A stretch of 64,000 nucleotides of DNA, taken from Callorhinchus milii. Taxonomy: Eukaryota. The stretch covers positions 10,728,001 through 10,792,000 of the forward strand of contig NW_024704742.1 in the NCBI RefSeq assembly GCF_018977255.1, given 5' to 3'. Position numbers and translations under genes: made by a program. Shown piece after piece: positions 24,710-38,236 of the stretch (the stretch's first letter is position 1; every line of letters begins with the position of its first letter). The notes under the pieces are model-generated. The model had not been told where the DNA came from. It was given only the letters and a program-made list of their open reading frames with translations, and did not search any database.

Positions 24710-25230
24710 AAATCATAGAAGATTTACTATTGAAAAAGCTATTCTGCCCATTGTGCCTTCACAATTTAGCTCACAATTAGAACAATCCACTCTGATGTTA
24801 GATCCCTTCCCCATATCCTTCATATATTTACATTGTTGAATTAGTTAAATGCAATTAGCTAACGTAAATATTATTTTGTAGTGATATTTTCCATAAACCA
24901 AGTGTTTCCTATCCTTTCCCTTTGTGTAACCAGTAATAATGGGTTATTATCTTGTTATTATCTAATTGTCTAAGCAATTGGAAATAATCTGGCACTGTTT
25001 ACTTCACAAAACCTTTTATATTTTTGAACACTTTTATTAGATCTTCCATTAACTCTCTCTCTGCTCCAATGAATGCAGTACTGGTTTCAACTTTCATTAT
25101 AACTACATCTGGTATAGTCCCAATGAATCTGCACTCTACCATCTCCATATCACTGACATTTTTTAACAATAGACCATCCGACACATTAGCTGAAAACACA
25201 TCAGCTGTATAAATGTACATCGCTTCCTTT
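24710..25230 (-). mobile_element. Old CR1-like fragment
   Basis: Reverse strand encodes ...EDLIKVFKNIKGF..., weak CR1 C-terminal similarity. Confidence 0.45.
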
Positions 25231-25306
25231 CTTTAATATTCAATGCCGGACACAAAAAATGAGTATCTATTAGCTCTTCTAGGATTTTCTCTTGTAATTC
25301 CACTAA

Positions 25307-25675
25307 TGGAGTCCTGTAGCTCAGTGTTTAGAGCACTCGTCTGGCAAGCGCGAGGACCTGGGTTTGACTCCCAGGGCAAATTGTTGGGCAAGTTTCCTTA
25401 CTCCACACACCTCTGTTCACCTAGCAGTCAGTAGGAACCTGGTTGTTAGTCGATTGCCGAATTGCTTTTCCGGGGTTAATGATTCCTTCAAAATAAATAA
25501 AAATAAATTGGTCACTCAATCCACGATTGTTTGTGGGACACTCCTGTAAGTAATTGGCTGCCGCATTTCTCCTACAAAGTATAGTCAATTCACTTTACAA
25601 TATATTCTGTGAAGTGCTTTGAGACGTCTCGAAGACGTGATGAGCTGCTACATCAAATGCAAGGATTATTATTAT
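25307..25675 (+). mobile_element. tRNA-Ala SINE, long variant
   Basis: Head + TTGGGCAAGTTTCC + CCTCTGTTCACCTAGCAGTCAGTAGGAACC...GTCGATTG module + Deu/Sac 3' body + tail. Confidence 0.9.
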
Positions 25676-26184
25676 TTAAAGATCTGTTTTAGTGAAACTC
25701 TATATGCCTCTGTTCCTCCACCACATTGAGCATGTTACCTTTTAGTGTATATTGTATTTCCCACACTCATTCACACAGAAATCTGAGGACAGGACAACCT
25801 TATCCACATTTTGCCCAATTGAGGAATGGCCTTGATCTGTTGATTTCAATTGCTGAGTGTCTCTGACCAACTTAAATGAGAGAAGAATACAAGTGGGATG
25901 ACAATATTGGTCAAACAATGAGTTGTTGCGTGACTGCAACTGTTTGCCACAGATCTAGCAACCACAATTATTGTAAACTATGGTTTTCCTCACAACTCTT
26001 AACTCAGAACAAAATATATTGGAGATGCTGCCACTTTGCTGGAACAAAATTTCTTTCTGGACTGGCTTTTGTGTTGATCTCAATACCTTGTGAGAAGCCT
26101 GTAAAAGCTGACATCACTAGGAGCTTCTCTGCTTCTGTCTGGGTGAGAATTGACAATTTATTTTCAGTGCTCTGACAACTACAG

Positions 26185-26470
26185 GAGAGCACTCGCTTTG
26201 CAAGTGAGACACCTGGGTGTCTCCAGGCAGGGCGAAACCTTGGGCAAGTTTCCTTACTCCACAGCCTAATAATAATCCCTCCAAAAAACAAAAACAATAA
26301 TAAATTGGTAATTTTTAATCCACGACTGTTTGTGCGCAATTGGCTGTCGCGTTTCGCCCACAAATATTACAGTCAATTCACTTTATAGCATATTCTGTGA
26401 AGGACATTGAGACATCTAGAAGATGTGAAAACCGCTATATCAAATGCAAGAATTATTATTATTATTATTA
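26185..26470 (+). mobile_element. tRNA-Ala SINE, short variant with rearranged head
   Basis: Starts at AGAGCACTCGCTTTGCAAG; B box replaced by a palindrome. Confidence 0.85.
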
Positions 26471-27263
26471 TAACTACTCTCCTGACACTTTATTTCATGT
26501 GACCATTTTGGGGTTCCAAAATGCGTGATTTCAAAACAAATTCCTTAATTAGTGAATCCAGAAGTACATTGGTCCAACTCATGGGAACACCACTTTCACA
26601 CCATCTCACAATTTCAGAGTTGAGTTCCCATGAGCCAGTAATGATGTGTGACACAAATCTGGATACTCAGATTTCTTATTTTAATCGATGGAAGCACTCT
26701 CATCCATCTGTCTTTTGGTTAACACTGTAACACAGTAAAGAGCCAGTTACCTGCGCTAATTGAGATTGGCCCCATTGTCCATTTGAAAAAAGTATGGATA
26801 ATGAGTCAAAACTTCTTATTTGGACTCTGGTTGCACTCTCGCCTCTGATTTAGAAGGTTATCCCATTGGAATTCTACTTGACAATAGAATAAAAGAACAA
26901 AGTAACAATTGTTCAAGTAAAATATCGAGGGGATCATCCACGGTGTGAAGATGGGGAGGAAACTGAATGATCTGATTCTCTCAACTCTTTCAGCAGAAAA
27001 GAATGGCTGGATGGCTGATTGTAAAACCAAACAGTGCTTTCTTGTGAATATGTTTTCAGTCAAGGTGCTTGAGAATTGAAAACATTATCTTAGAGTTTGT
27101 TTTTTGTAGGGGTACAAATTGAGGCTTTTCATCACAAAGAACACATTATAAAACACCACAATTTTCCTCTTGTTCTTTAATTATCAACAAGCTCCACTGA
27201 GGCTCCAATCAGAGCTGTCTTGATTGGCTGCTGTGGCCTGCTCAAAGATATCAAGTCTGGTTT

Positions 27264-27652
27264 ACTATTAATAATAATCCTTGCATTTGATATCATGCTT
27301 TATCATGTCTTCAAAACATTACAAAGTGCTTCGCAGAAAATACTGTAAAGTGAATTGACTGTATATTTTGTGGGCGAAACACGGCAGCCAATTGCACGCA
27401 GCAGTGTCCCACAAACAATCGTGGATTGAGTGACCAAATTATTTTTATTTATTTTGAACTTTTTGTAAAGAATTCTTACCCCTGGAAAAGTGATCCACCA
27501 ATGGACTAACAACTGGGTTCCTACTTACTGCTAGGTAAACAGAGGTGTATGCAGTAAGGAAACTTACCCAATGTTTCACCCTGCCTGGGAATCAAACCCA
27601 GGTGCTCTCGCTTGCGAGACAAATGCTCCAACCACTGAGCTATAGGACTCCA
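27264..27652 (-). mobile_element. tRNA-Ala SINE, long variant
   Basis: Full head-to-tail match to the 25307 copy. Confidence 0.9.
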
Positions 27653-28632
27653 CTTGAGTTTAAGATAGTTGAAGAAACCCAGTTCAGTTTCGTGATTTGG
27701 AATCCTGAATCACCTCCAATAAGGTGCATAATATATTTTTAGAGCTGGCTATCCCTGGAAGTTACTATTGTCCCAAGACAGACGGAAAAGTGTTGCCTCC
27801 ACACAATGCTGCAATCCACGTCAATCTGATATTTTTCAAAAGAAATATACGATGAAAGAGTAGAAATTGCTGGGCAAAAATAATTTAATTGAAAAGAAAT
27901 GAACTAATTACCTAAGAAACGTAATGCCTTAACGAGAACCAGGAATATGCAAGAATGAAGCGCAGTAGAGTGTACACAGGTATGAAATTGCTGGTTATCA
28001 CATAAAAGGACAATGATCTCAGAAACCTTCTGGTTGATGTGCAAACACAAGGTCAAAATTCTGTCTAGTCTTAATCTGTAAGGCCATTTAGTCTTCAAAT
28101 TTAAGACGAATGTGAAAACTTCTTCAAGCCAGTCTTAATTTGTAAGTGGATATGTTTTTAAGAGAGAAGGAATATTGGATTCCAAATTATGACTGAATGT
28201 TAAGACTTCTCTATAATTCTACTTGAGCTGAAATGATTAGACAAAGAAGTGTTGAGGCTGGGTGGAATTTCAAGCGTACGGGTTATTAAGGTGGAGATGT
28301 CATTGTTAAAGATTTGCTCACCTATGGGGATCATTGAATATATTTCAAATATTCAACAGGCAACTATTTCACTGAATTTCTTCAGGAAGAAAATTGAGAA
28401 AGTGTTTTACTCCACTCATGCCCCAGAACAGCATTGAATATGCTCAGAAAACAGTACACGCAGCAATGATATTGATTATTGTTGTTGGTGTTTACAAGAC
28501 CACAACATCTATTAGGCTGAGTAAATAACAAATGGTAGCTGATTCCTTATAAGACAGAGAGACAAAGTTGTTGTGTAGTAAGCATAATAAAAACATGGGA
28601 ACAGCAGAAGACATTCCACCAGGTCTACATTG

Positions 28633-28790
28633 ATATAGCATTTCAGAGTGACCTGGATTTGGCAGAATTGTTGAATTTAACTTTGAAGCCAGTTTTCCGT
28701 TGTTCTTAAAACAAATTATGGAAAACTGGCTACAAAATTAACACTGTCTTTATAGATTTGCCAAATTCTGGATGCCCTAAAATGCTATAT
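28633..28790. mobile_element. Palindromic MITE-like element
   Basis: Nested inverted blocks ATATAGCATTT/AAATGCTATAT, ATTTGGCA/TGCCAAAT, AGCCAGTTTTCC/GGAAAACTGGCT. Confidence 0.7.
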
Positions 28791-29027
28791 TTTGGTGTTG
28801 TGCCTTAAACAATTCTCTGTGCCCTGTACTAAATATCTCCTGATGTGAAAGGCGTTATATAAATGTAATTTTGTTGTTGTTGTTTCTATGGAAACTCATT
28901 GGCACAGTAAATACAAATTATATTTTACAATTAATTATTCTGAAGGCTCTGAAGCTAGTGTTCCAGAGGCTGTCAGGTTGTAGGAAATCTAGGGCCTCTT
29001 GGTAAAGTGAAAGGAATAAAATATGAC

Positions 29028-29285
29028 GACAACAACTTGCACTCGTATAGCACCCTTCACACAGGGTAGCGTCTCAGAGTACTTAACAGTGGCAGAGCCT
29101 GACTCCGAGCCGGGTGGGGGAGGGGGGGGGTCGGAGGTGATTGTAAGCACGGTCAAAAAAGAAGGTTTTCAGGCAGGCCTTGACTAAGGGGAGAGAGGAG
29201 GCAAGCGGAGGGATTGAGGGAGAGTTTTTCAGAGTTTCGGGAAGTAGTGGCTGAATGTGCGACCTCCAATGGTGGAGCGGATGGC
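29028..29285 (-). mobile_element. L2 3' fragment (second family)
   Basis: Tail, stem-loop and KACLKTFFFDRAY peptide. Confidence 0.75.
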
Positions 29286-29929
29286 GCAAAATGAAATAAA
29301 ACCTTACCTCCAATGAACTACGCACATACACACATGGTTCCTTTAATTGGATTGACTTCACCTTCAGCAGGAAGAATGGGGATAGCTTTTGGATAATGAG
29401 ACCTATGAGTTCAGATCATGCTCTCAGAATGCCAGGGGAACACATAGTTAAAAAGGCACATTAGTCAATGTGAAAAAGCAGAAAATGTATCTCTGATATG
29501 ATGGAAATCGAGTGTATTCCTGCATAGCTTTCTGATGGTGAATTAGACTTTTATGGCATGCTGAGTCTTGTCATTTTGCTTCAATCTGCAGCACTCTCAC
29601 CTCTGGGTCAGAAGGTTTGATTTTAAGCTTCATATTAAAACTTGATCTTATAGTCGAGACTGACACTCCAGTGGAGTACTACATAGTTGGAGATGCCCTA
29701 TTACATATTATACGTTAACCCAAGCTTCTGCCTGCATGCTCGGGTTTATGTTAAAGCACCATTATTTGAAAAGCAAAGGCTGGCTAACAGTCCTTCAGAT
29801 AAATTGGCCATTCATTTCTTGACTATTTGGGGCAGCTTACTGGCTGGCTCAAATGGTTGCCGTATTTACCTACAAAACTGGTGACAAAGTTTGACAGTTG
29901 TCATTTGCAAAGTGCTTTATTATAATAAT

Positions 29930-31340
29930 AATACAAGAACAAAGTTACATTTGTATAGTGCCTTTCACATTGGGAGGACATCCCAAAGCGCTCGACAGAC
30001 AGAGTTTTGGACCTGAGCTGGGAGTCAAGATCGGGGAGGGTGGGGGGGTAGGAGGGTGATTGAAGGTACGGTCGAAGCGGAAGGTCTTGAGACAGGTCTT
30101 GAAGGAGGCAAGGGAGGGCGCGAGGTGGAGGGACTGCGGGATGGAGTTCAAAAGGGTGGGGACAGAGTGGCAGAAGGCCCACCTGTCAATACTGGGGTGA
30201 GCGAGGTGGGGGACATGAAGCAGGCCGGAGCCCGCTGAGTGGAGGAAGCGAACAGGATGGTAGGGGGTTAGGAGGTCGGGAAGGTAGGGGGGAGCAAGAC
30301 CATGGAGGGCTTTGAAGGTGAGGACCAGGATCTTGAACTATATCCTCTGTGTGATGGGAAGCCAGTGGAGTTGGGCGAGATTGGAGAAGGCTGGACTATG
30401 GGAACTCTCTCCTCGCCGGCCTTCCCGGCACCTCCCTCCACAAGCTGCAGGTCATTCAGAACTCTGCAGCTCGTGTACTGTCCCGCACCAGGCTTCGGGA
30501 CCACATCACTCCCACCCTCGCTCGCCTCCACTGGCTCCCCATCCCCCAGAGGATCGAATTCAAGATCCTCATCATCACCTACAAGGCCATTCACAGCCTT
30601 GCTCCCTCCTACCTCTCCGACCTACTATCCCCCTACCTGCCTGTACCCTCCGTTCCTCTGTCTCCGGTCTGCTCCACATCCCCCGCCCTAACTGCTCTAC
30701 CATCGGTGGACGGGCCTTCAGCCTCTCAGCCCCTAGGCTCTGGAACTCCACCCCCCAGTGCCTTTGCCTTGCTTCCTCCCTTTCCTCCTTCAAGGCCGGT
30801 CTCAAGACCTTTCTCTTCAACCGTGCCTTTAGCTCCCCCTCAACTCTCTACCCCCTCCTCACTCCCTCCCTTCCCTCCCCTCACGCTGACCATTTCCCCC
30901 CTGCTCGGGTCCCGACCCAACTGTTCAGCGCCTTGGGACGTCCTCCCGACGTGAAAGGCGCTCTTTAAATGAAATCTTATTGTTGTTGTTGTTGTTGTTG
31001 GGGGTGATAGGGTCACGGAGCCTGGTGCGGGAGAGGACGTAGGCTGCAGAGTTTTGGATGATCTGCAGACTTTGGAGGGAGAAGTTGGGGAGGCCGACAA
31101 GCAATAGGTTTGCGTAGTTGAGCCTCGATGTAGTGAAAGTATGTATGAAGGTTTCGGCGGCCTGTGGTGTGAGACAGCGGCAGATCCGGGCAATGCTGCG
31201 GAGGTGGGGAAGGTAGAGCGGGTCATGGCAGGGATGTGGGATAGAAAGGATAGTTGAGGGTCAAACAAGATGCCAAGGTTCCGGACTGGCTGAGTAAGGT
31301 GGAGTGTGCAACCATGGATGGTGATGCTGTCAGCGCCTGA
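29930..31340 (-). mobile_element. Older L2 3' portion hosting a nested young L2
   Basis: LHLAPSLASFKTCLKTF peptide, FDPQLSFLSHI, stem-loop tail. Confidence 0.85.
30387..31000 (+). mobile_element. Young 5'-truncated L2 (same family as 20199-23827)
   Basis: Close match to the last ~600 nt of the long copy; (TTG)n tail. Confidence 0.92.
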
Positions 31341-33699
31341 GGTAATAATAATAATAAGAAGAATGAATCTTGCATTTGATCGAGCATTGTATCACATAAA
31401 AACAACTCAAAAGATCTTCATAGTGATGTGTAGTGACTCCATGTTTGAAGGTTAATGCAGCAGCCAATTGGCACACAGTCATGTCCCACAGCAGCCATGA
31501 AGTGAGTATGATAGACTGCAATTTACAATTATATAGCGCCTTTCACATCAGGAGGATGTTATAGAATTTAAATGACCAATGACTAATTGGGCAAAGGACC
31601 AATTAACTAAGATTGTTGGCTTATCTTAATTCGAGAAACTTTTTGATCAGTGCCATGTGATCCTTAACATTCATCTCAACAAGGTTTAATCTGTTGAGCA
31701 GTTAAAATAAATGCAAAAATTTGCTTTCTTTTATCCACGTTGCTATTCGATATGTTCGTGTGCTGCACAGTGTTTGGGTCCATCAATGTGTGGCACATCA
31801 AAGTAGGCTGATTTCATACCACCCTGCCTAGTTCTAGATCTTAACTGAGCTGCTGTGTAAGGAAATAAAATATGTGGGATCAAATGGACTGGAGGCAATT
31901 ATCAAGAGCATTCCTTCAAGAGGTAGCTAAAGCTCAGAGTTAGCAAAGATGAGCGAGAAATCATAATCGACAATGGGTGAAAAACATTCACTGGCTCAAA
32001 ACTTCTCCCCTCTAAAAAAGAAACATTGGTATTGAGTGCCCTTTCCACAGAAGATAATGGGATTTATTAGGTAAAAGTATAGAAACGCTTTTGTAACAAG
32101 GAAAGTACCATAGCCATGACCCGCTAATACACAATGTGCTTTAAGGATGCAAGGCAAAAGATTATTTTTGTAAGTCATTATGAAAAAGTAGCAGCCACTG
32201 AGAAAGTAGATGGCGAGAATGCTGATTGGGGCACACATCAATAAAAGTCCTACACAATATGGACATCCATCACCATGGTTGAGAGTATCCAAATCAAACT
32301 GAGAGTTCCATGCCTACCCCAGATGCATGGAAATTCCTGTGTCTAGAATGGAATATGCACACTCTCCCCAAGTATGATTCATCTAATTCTGGAGATTTCT
32401 GGAACACTACCCTGCATGAGGGGCACTATATAAATGCAAGTTGATGTTGTTGGAGAGTACAGGTTGTAGGTTGGCAAGAGCAAAGACTTGAGGAGGCCAC
32501 AGTCTGTGTTGAGTGTACCGTGGAGTACAGCAAACCCACCTGGCTCAGGAACCAGACTGCTGAGACAGCCACAGAGGGTTGACTCAATTCCAACATTCCA
32601 TGGCCAAGCATGTCACTTTGGAGTCAGTTCAGCTCCAAGGAGACCCCTCTTATCTTACACCTCCCCCCACCCACCCAGATAGTTATGAGTTGATACATCG
32701 CTAAGATTAACTTGCAGTTAGTTTACAGAATACAGAATTTACAGCATGTTGATGGTGAGTACATCACAAAATTGTTAGGAGGCTACAGTAACTCATGCTA
32801 AATGGTTGCCATGAGACTTTCTGATGAAAAAGCTTTAGCAAGCGCCATTTGAGAAAATTGTATGTATTTTCCCATTACACATAGTTTTACTCTGCTAGCA
32901 GTCTGTAGCACTGGAATGTTTTTATAAAACTGTGTGAAATAAATTAATCATGCTATTTTCTGCATTGTCATAATGTAGGTGACTTTTATGTTATGATTGC
33001 CAAATGTTAACAGTCATCCAACTGTAGAGATGAAAAGCACACTCTGAAAATTGCTTCCATAACTTATTATAAGATGCTAAAAGTACGCTAAACTACTTCA
33101 ATTAGGTTTTCATCAAGTGCTCACATGTGGTTTTGAAACCTAGAAAATAATAATCCAAACATTTTTGAACTGCACTTTCTACATAATATAACCATTGCAA
33201 CATAACCCAGGCCGGTGATTAAGGCAATAATGAAACATGCCATGGAAATATAAAATAATGATTTATCGTTTGTGTCTACCTTTATATGCTGTTATACGCG
33301 TGATTTTTTTAAATTTGAACTTCATAGGAAGCATATTGAAACTTTACAACACAGCAGAATACATGCTGCATTTGATGTAACAGCCATAATGTTGAAATGG
33401 CTCTAAAAGCAGTTCACAGGTAATTAAGTGTAGTGACTGTATTTTGGCAAAGATTATACTGTCATTATGGTGTACATCTATAGGCTCCATTGTTAAGGGT
33501 ATGTGTTTTAATTATTGCCAATATTTACCACATATTTAATGTGGGCATCGCCCTTGCATATTTCTATGACACTGGACTCATTTAAAGACCAGCTTAATGC
33601 TGTGATGGGAAGGTGGGTTTTCTATAAGGATGAGATAAAATGGACCAAACCGCCTTCTTCATCTAAACCAATCTGGTGATTTTATGTGTTTTGGCTCTC

Positions 33700-34050
33700 A
33701 TTTGTCTACAAATGCCTTCATGCCCTGGCACTCCTCTACCTTCCTTTCTGACCTGCTTTCTCCACACTCTACTACCTCAGCTGGTTCTGGCCCTCCTGCT
33801 TGTCCCTCGTGCTCTCCACCCCACCATCGGCTGCCATGCTTTCAGACACTATGCCCTGAAGCTTTGGAACTCTCTCACCCAATCCCTCCACCTTGCCGGT
33901 CCTTCCTCTTTCAGATCACACTTAAAGACCTTCCTCTTCGACCATTACTGTCACCTTCTCCCTCCCCTCGACTCACTGTCAGGCTCCACCACTGTTAAGC
34001 GCTCTGAGACCCTGCCCCGCGTGAGGGGCACTATATGAATGCAATTTGTT
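33700..34050 (+). mobile_element. L2 3' fragment (second family)
   Basis: PTIGCHAFRHYALKLWNSL...FRSHLKTFLF; stem-loop AGCGCTCT...GGGGCACT. Confidence 0.8.
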
Positions 34051-36889
34051 TTTGTAATAGTTGTGACGTGCAAAGACTTCATTGCAGAACCTTTCAAACT
34101 GTGTGATGCAGTTGTGGAGCACGTATATGCCTGGAAGGCTATTCTCAGAGCAAATCTCAAATTATTTTTGAAGAGATAGTCAACTGTCTTATCTACTGCC
34201 CAAACATTGAAAATATTTGCTGACTTTAAACACATTATTTCCCTTTCTATTAAAGCAAGATTTGTATGTCAGCATCTGAGGAATTCTCTTAACCATTTAC
34301 TTCATCTGTCTCATTGGGAGTATTGTTTCCTTGTGTACAGCAGAGTCGATTGTTGGCACTAATTGGGATTGGTCCCATTGTTGATATGGAATCAGTATGT
34401 ACAATGAGTCATCATTGAAAATATACGCTAACTACAGCAGTAACCCAACATTTCTTGCATTAGAAATTACTGTTATATATATTACCACACATGCCAACCC
34501 TTTTTCCTCTTCTTTCTCTCTCTGTCTCCCTCTGTCTCCCTCCCTGTCTCCTTCCGCTGTCACCCTCTCTCCCTCTCTTTCTCATTCTTTCTCATTCTTT
34601 CTTGCCCCCTCTTCCCCATCTTCAGGTCATGCCTGAAGACCTTCCTCTTCAACCGTGCCTACGGTCACCTCCCCCTCCCCCGCTTGGCATTGTGCTCTGG
34701 CACTGTCACGAGTTCTAGACGCTACCCTGAATGAGGGGTGCTATATAAATGCAAATTGTTGTTATTTCTCAGATTTTCTTTTTCTATCAGTTATTGTATG
34801 TCTCTTTCTCTCCAATTTTCTATTTATTTTTATCTCTAATATTCTCTTTCTGTCTCCGACTTTATCTCTGACATGCTCTCCATATCCCTCATGTTAAACT
34901 CTACTATTGTTTACAGATAGTACGTGTGGATGCACAGCATTCTACTATATTCTGTAACCAGTTTTCTCCCTCACTGTTGGTGGGAATGGCACTATACTTG
35001 ACTAAGAAGTTGCAGGATTAATTTTGATCAACTCAAATTTATGAATTGACTGGTTTACGATTGGAAATTGATGAGCTGAAAAAAATACTGTGATACATCA
35101 TGATATTTCAGCACAACTATAGAAAGATAGAAGAAAACTTCTGGTTTTATATTGTCTTGTCATTCTGAAATGTTTCAAGTGTTTCACAGTTAATTACCAT
35201 CAACTATTTTTGTAGGTAAACATAGCAGCCTTTTTACACAGAACAGTCACCCAGACAGCCATGTTAATCAATACAACCAGAGGATATTGGGGGAAACAGA
35301 ATACTGTCATGGGATCTTTAATGTACAACTAAATGGTACACTTGGATGTATTAAGCAGAGGATGGCACCCACCTCTGACAATGCAGTGCTCCCCAGAAAT
35401 CAACTGGAATATCAATCTTGACAGTGAGCACAAGTCCCAATATGTGGCTGATACCCACAATCTTTTGGCTAAGAGATGTGACTGCTACCAATTGTGCCGG
35501 CTGACAACTCTAGTATTTTGCTGCCCAAAATCTCTACTATTCTCAGTGGAAGATCTCAGCATTTTTTCAGTCCATTATCATCACTCCATTGTTCTATGAA
35601 GTGCTTTGAGACATCCACCCTGTGAAAGGCATTATAACAAATGAAACTACGAATATATATATATATATTTATTTATTTGTTTTTTTTGTTTTTTTGTTTG
35701 TTTGTTTGTTTAGTAAGTGTTCTTAAAAGTGAGAGTGAGAGAGAAAAGTTTCATCATTTACTCTGACTTGATTTGGTGATCCAAGTTATGAAATCAAAAG
35801 AATAATGTCACCTTTTATTTCCTAGTTATCTCAAGGGGGTAGATTAATATATAACGGTATAAAGTATTCATTTAATATATTTTGCAGTGTTGCAAAACGA
35901 CTGTGAAAGTTATCCATATTCTCTCAAAAGTGATTCTTCCTGATAAATAATTCACAATACTTGCAAGCAATGTTTTGCAGGAGCCAACTCTGGTTAAGAA
36001 ATCGTGAATTTGAAAATTAATTGTTTTTAGCATTTAGATGGCGTATTAATTCATAGAACTGAATAATTTAGTAAAAGTCATTACCTAAGTTCAACATGGT
36101 GAAGCACGGACCTAGCTGTGAAAATTGTGGGAAGTTGTATGTTTGTGTAAACCTGGAAGTGTCAGATTGCTTTTTGTACCAATTGGTAAATTAACTTGTT
36201 AAATCCACACTGCAAAAGGGAAATTTCGGTTGGTTTGAAATAAACAGATTACATCACAATGAGCAGTAAATAAACATGTTTGGGTAGATTTTTATTTATT
36301 AAATAGTTCAAAGGTCCTAGTAAAACCTTTTTCCTTTGGAGAGGAAATGGAGGCAGTTTTTTTAATAGTATTACCAGTCAGATTGGAACATTGTACTATG
36401 TTGGTTGGTGAAATATTGGAGGGTAAATGACTCACCCAGAGATGGAAACTAAAGTGGAGAGAACTGTTTTAAGCCTCTATTCTCACAGCCATGAACATTT
36501 ATCAACCAAGTGGAAAATAAATCTCTTTTTATTCTTTACTCTAGTCTAACTAGGCTTTTGTTGTCACACTAATGATCAAGGCACACTTTGTCTCTTGGCA
36601 GCACCCTTAGTCACATCTACAGTTACTTTCTATAGTTGTAAAATAGCCAATGCAATAGTAACACTAATATGCCATAAGTGACTAGTGAAAATATCTGACA
36701 AAGTCCATGCTGTCATGATTTATGTTAGTATTAGTTAGATCCTGTATTTGGTGTTTCCTCAATGTGGAGAAATTCTACCAGGGTCTAGATTTACTCTATT
36801 AAAGTAGCATTTTAGAGCATCCATTAGGAGCACCATTAGCATTTTAGAGCATCCATTAGCATCCATTAGGAGAGCTGCAGATCAATGGT

Positions 36890-37230
36890 TGGAGTCCTGT
36901 AGCTCAGTGGTTAGAAGTAGGCGACCTGGGTTTGATTCCCAGCAGGGCAAAATGTTGGACAGGTTTCCTTACTCCACATGCCTCTGTTTACCTAGCAGTA
37001 AGTAGGAACCAGATTGATAGTCGATTGGCGGATGACTTTTCCAGGGATAATAATTCCTTCAAAAACAAAAAAATAATAACTTGGTCACTCAATCCACAGT
37101 TGTTTGTGGGACACTGCTGCATGCAATTGACTGCCGTGTTTCTCCCACAAAATATACAGTCACTTCACTTTGCAGTATATTCTGGAAAGTGCTTTGTGAA
37201 GTCTCAAAGACGTGATAACTGCTGCATCAA
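36890..37230 (+). mobile_element. tRNA-Ala SINE, long variant
   Basis: Match to the 25307 copy. Confidence 0.85.
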
Positions 37231-37239
37231 AGCATTTCA

Positions 37240-37565
37240 CTGTATTTAATGTAGTGAAATGTAGTGACTGTATATTTGTAGCTAAACATGACAGCAAAAT
37301 TGCACATAGAAATGTCCCACACAGATGTGACGTGAATGACCAATTTTATTTGGATGATCATTGGCCAGGATACCAGGAGAAACTCTCTTGTCGTTTCAAT
37401 CAGCGCCTTTAACATCCACCTGAACAAGCAGACAGTGCCCTTATTTTAATGTCTCATCCAAAGTACAGCACCTCTAACAATGCAGCACACCTCCAGCAAT
37501 GCATTGGAGTGTCAGCGTAGACTGTGGTCACAGTCTCAATGTGGGGCCTGAACCTACAACCTTCT
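37240..37565 (-). mobile_element. SacSINE1/Deu-like SINE
   Basis: Minus-strand AGAAGGTTGTAGGTTCAGGCCCCAC...GCTGACACTCCAATGC...GGATGAGACATTAAA. Confidence 0.75.
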
Positions 37566-38236
37566 GATAGAGTTTAAACCCAGTTGGAATTTCTAAGAAG
37601 AGTGAGTGTGAAGAGTCTAAGATGAATGTATCATTTCTAGCTGGTTCTTATTCTGATATGAATGGTTTCCATTGAGGTATATATACCTGAAACATTAATC
37701 TCTCTGAGGTTATCAGCTACTGTGCTTTTTAAGTATTTTTATGTTTTATTCACACAGGTCCCAGCATCTGATCTTCTATATTTCCCAACCTGTCCTTTTG
37801 CCACATTGAATCTCCCGATCCTTGTATTGTAAGTCGGATGTGACTGGGGAAAAGTCCCACAGCTCATCCAAATTAATCCAGACTTCAGTATCTTCTTCCA
37901 CATCTCTCTAATCAGCTGCTCTCATTCTTTCCCAGACACACCATACTGTGTTTCTCTCACACATACACTGTCTCCATTCCTCTCACAAGCACACTCTTCA
38001 ATCTTTTTTATACATGGAGAGTGGAGCTGTTCAACGATTGATTACAGAGAAGTGATCTTTGTCACCATTAAGTAGGCTTTCTTGGATGTTTTCCCGAGTG
38101 GAAGCCATCCCACTCCTTTCCGATACACCCTCCTCCCACTTTCATTCCTATAAGCATCACTCATTTTGCATCTTCAAGATCAATTGCCCCATTTTAATCT
38201 TCGGGAATATCTTGATTTATCTTCAAGACTCTTGGA

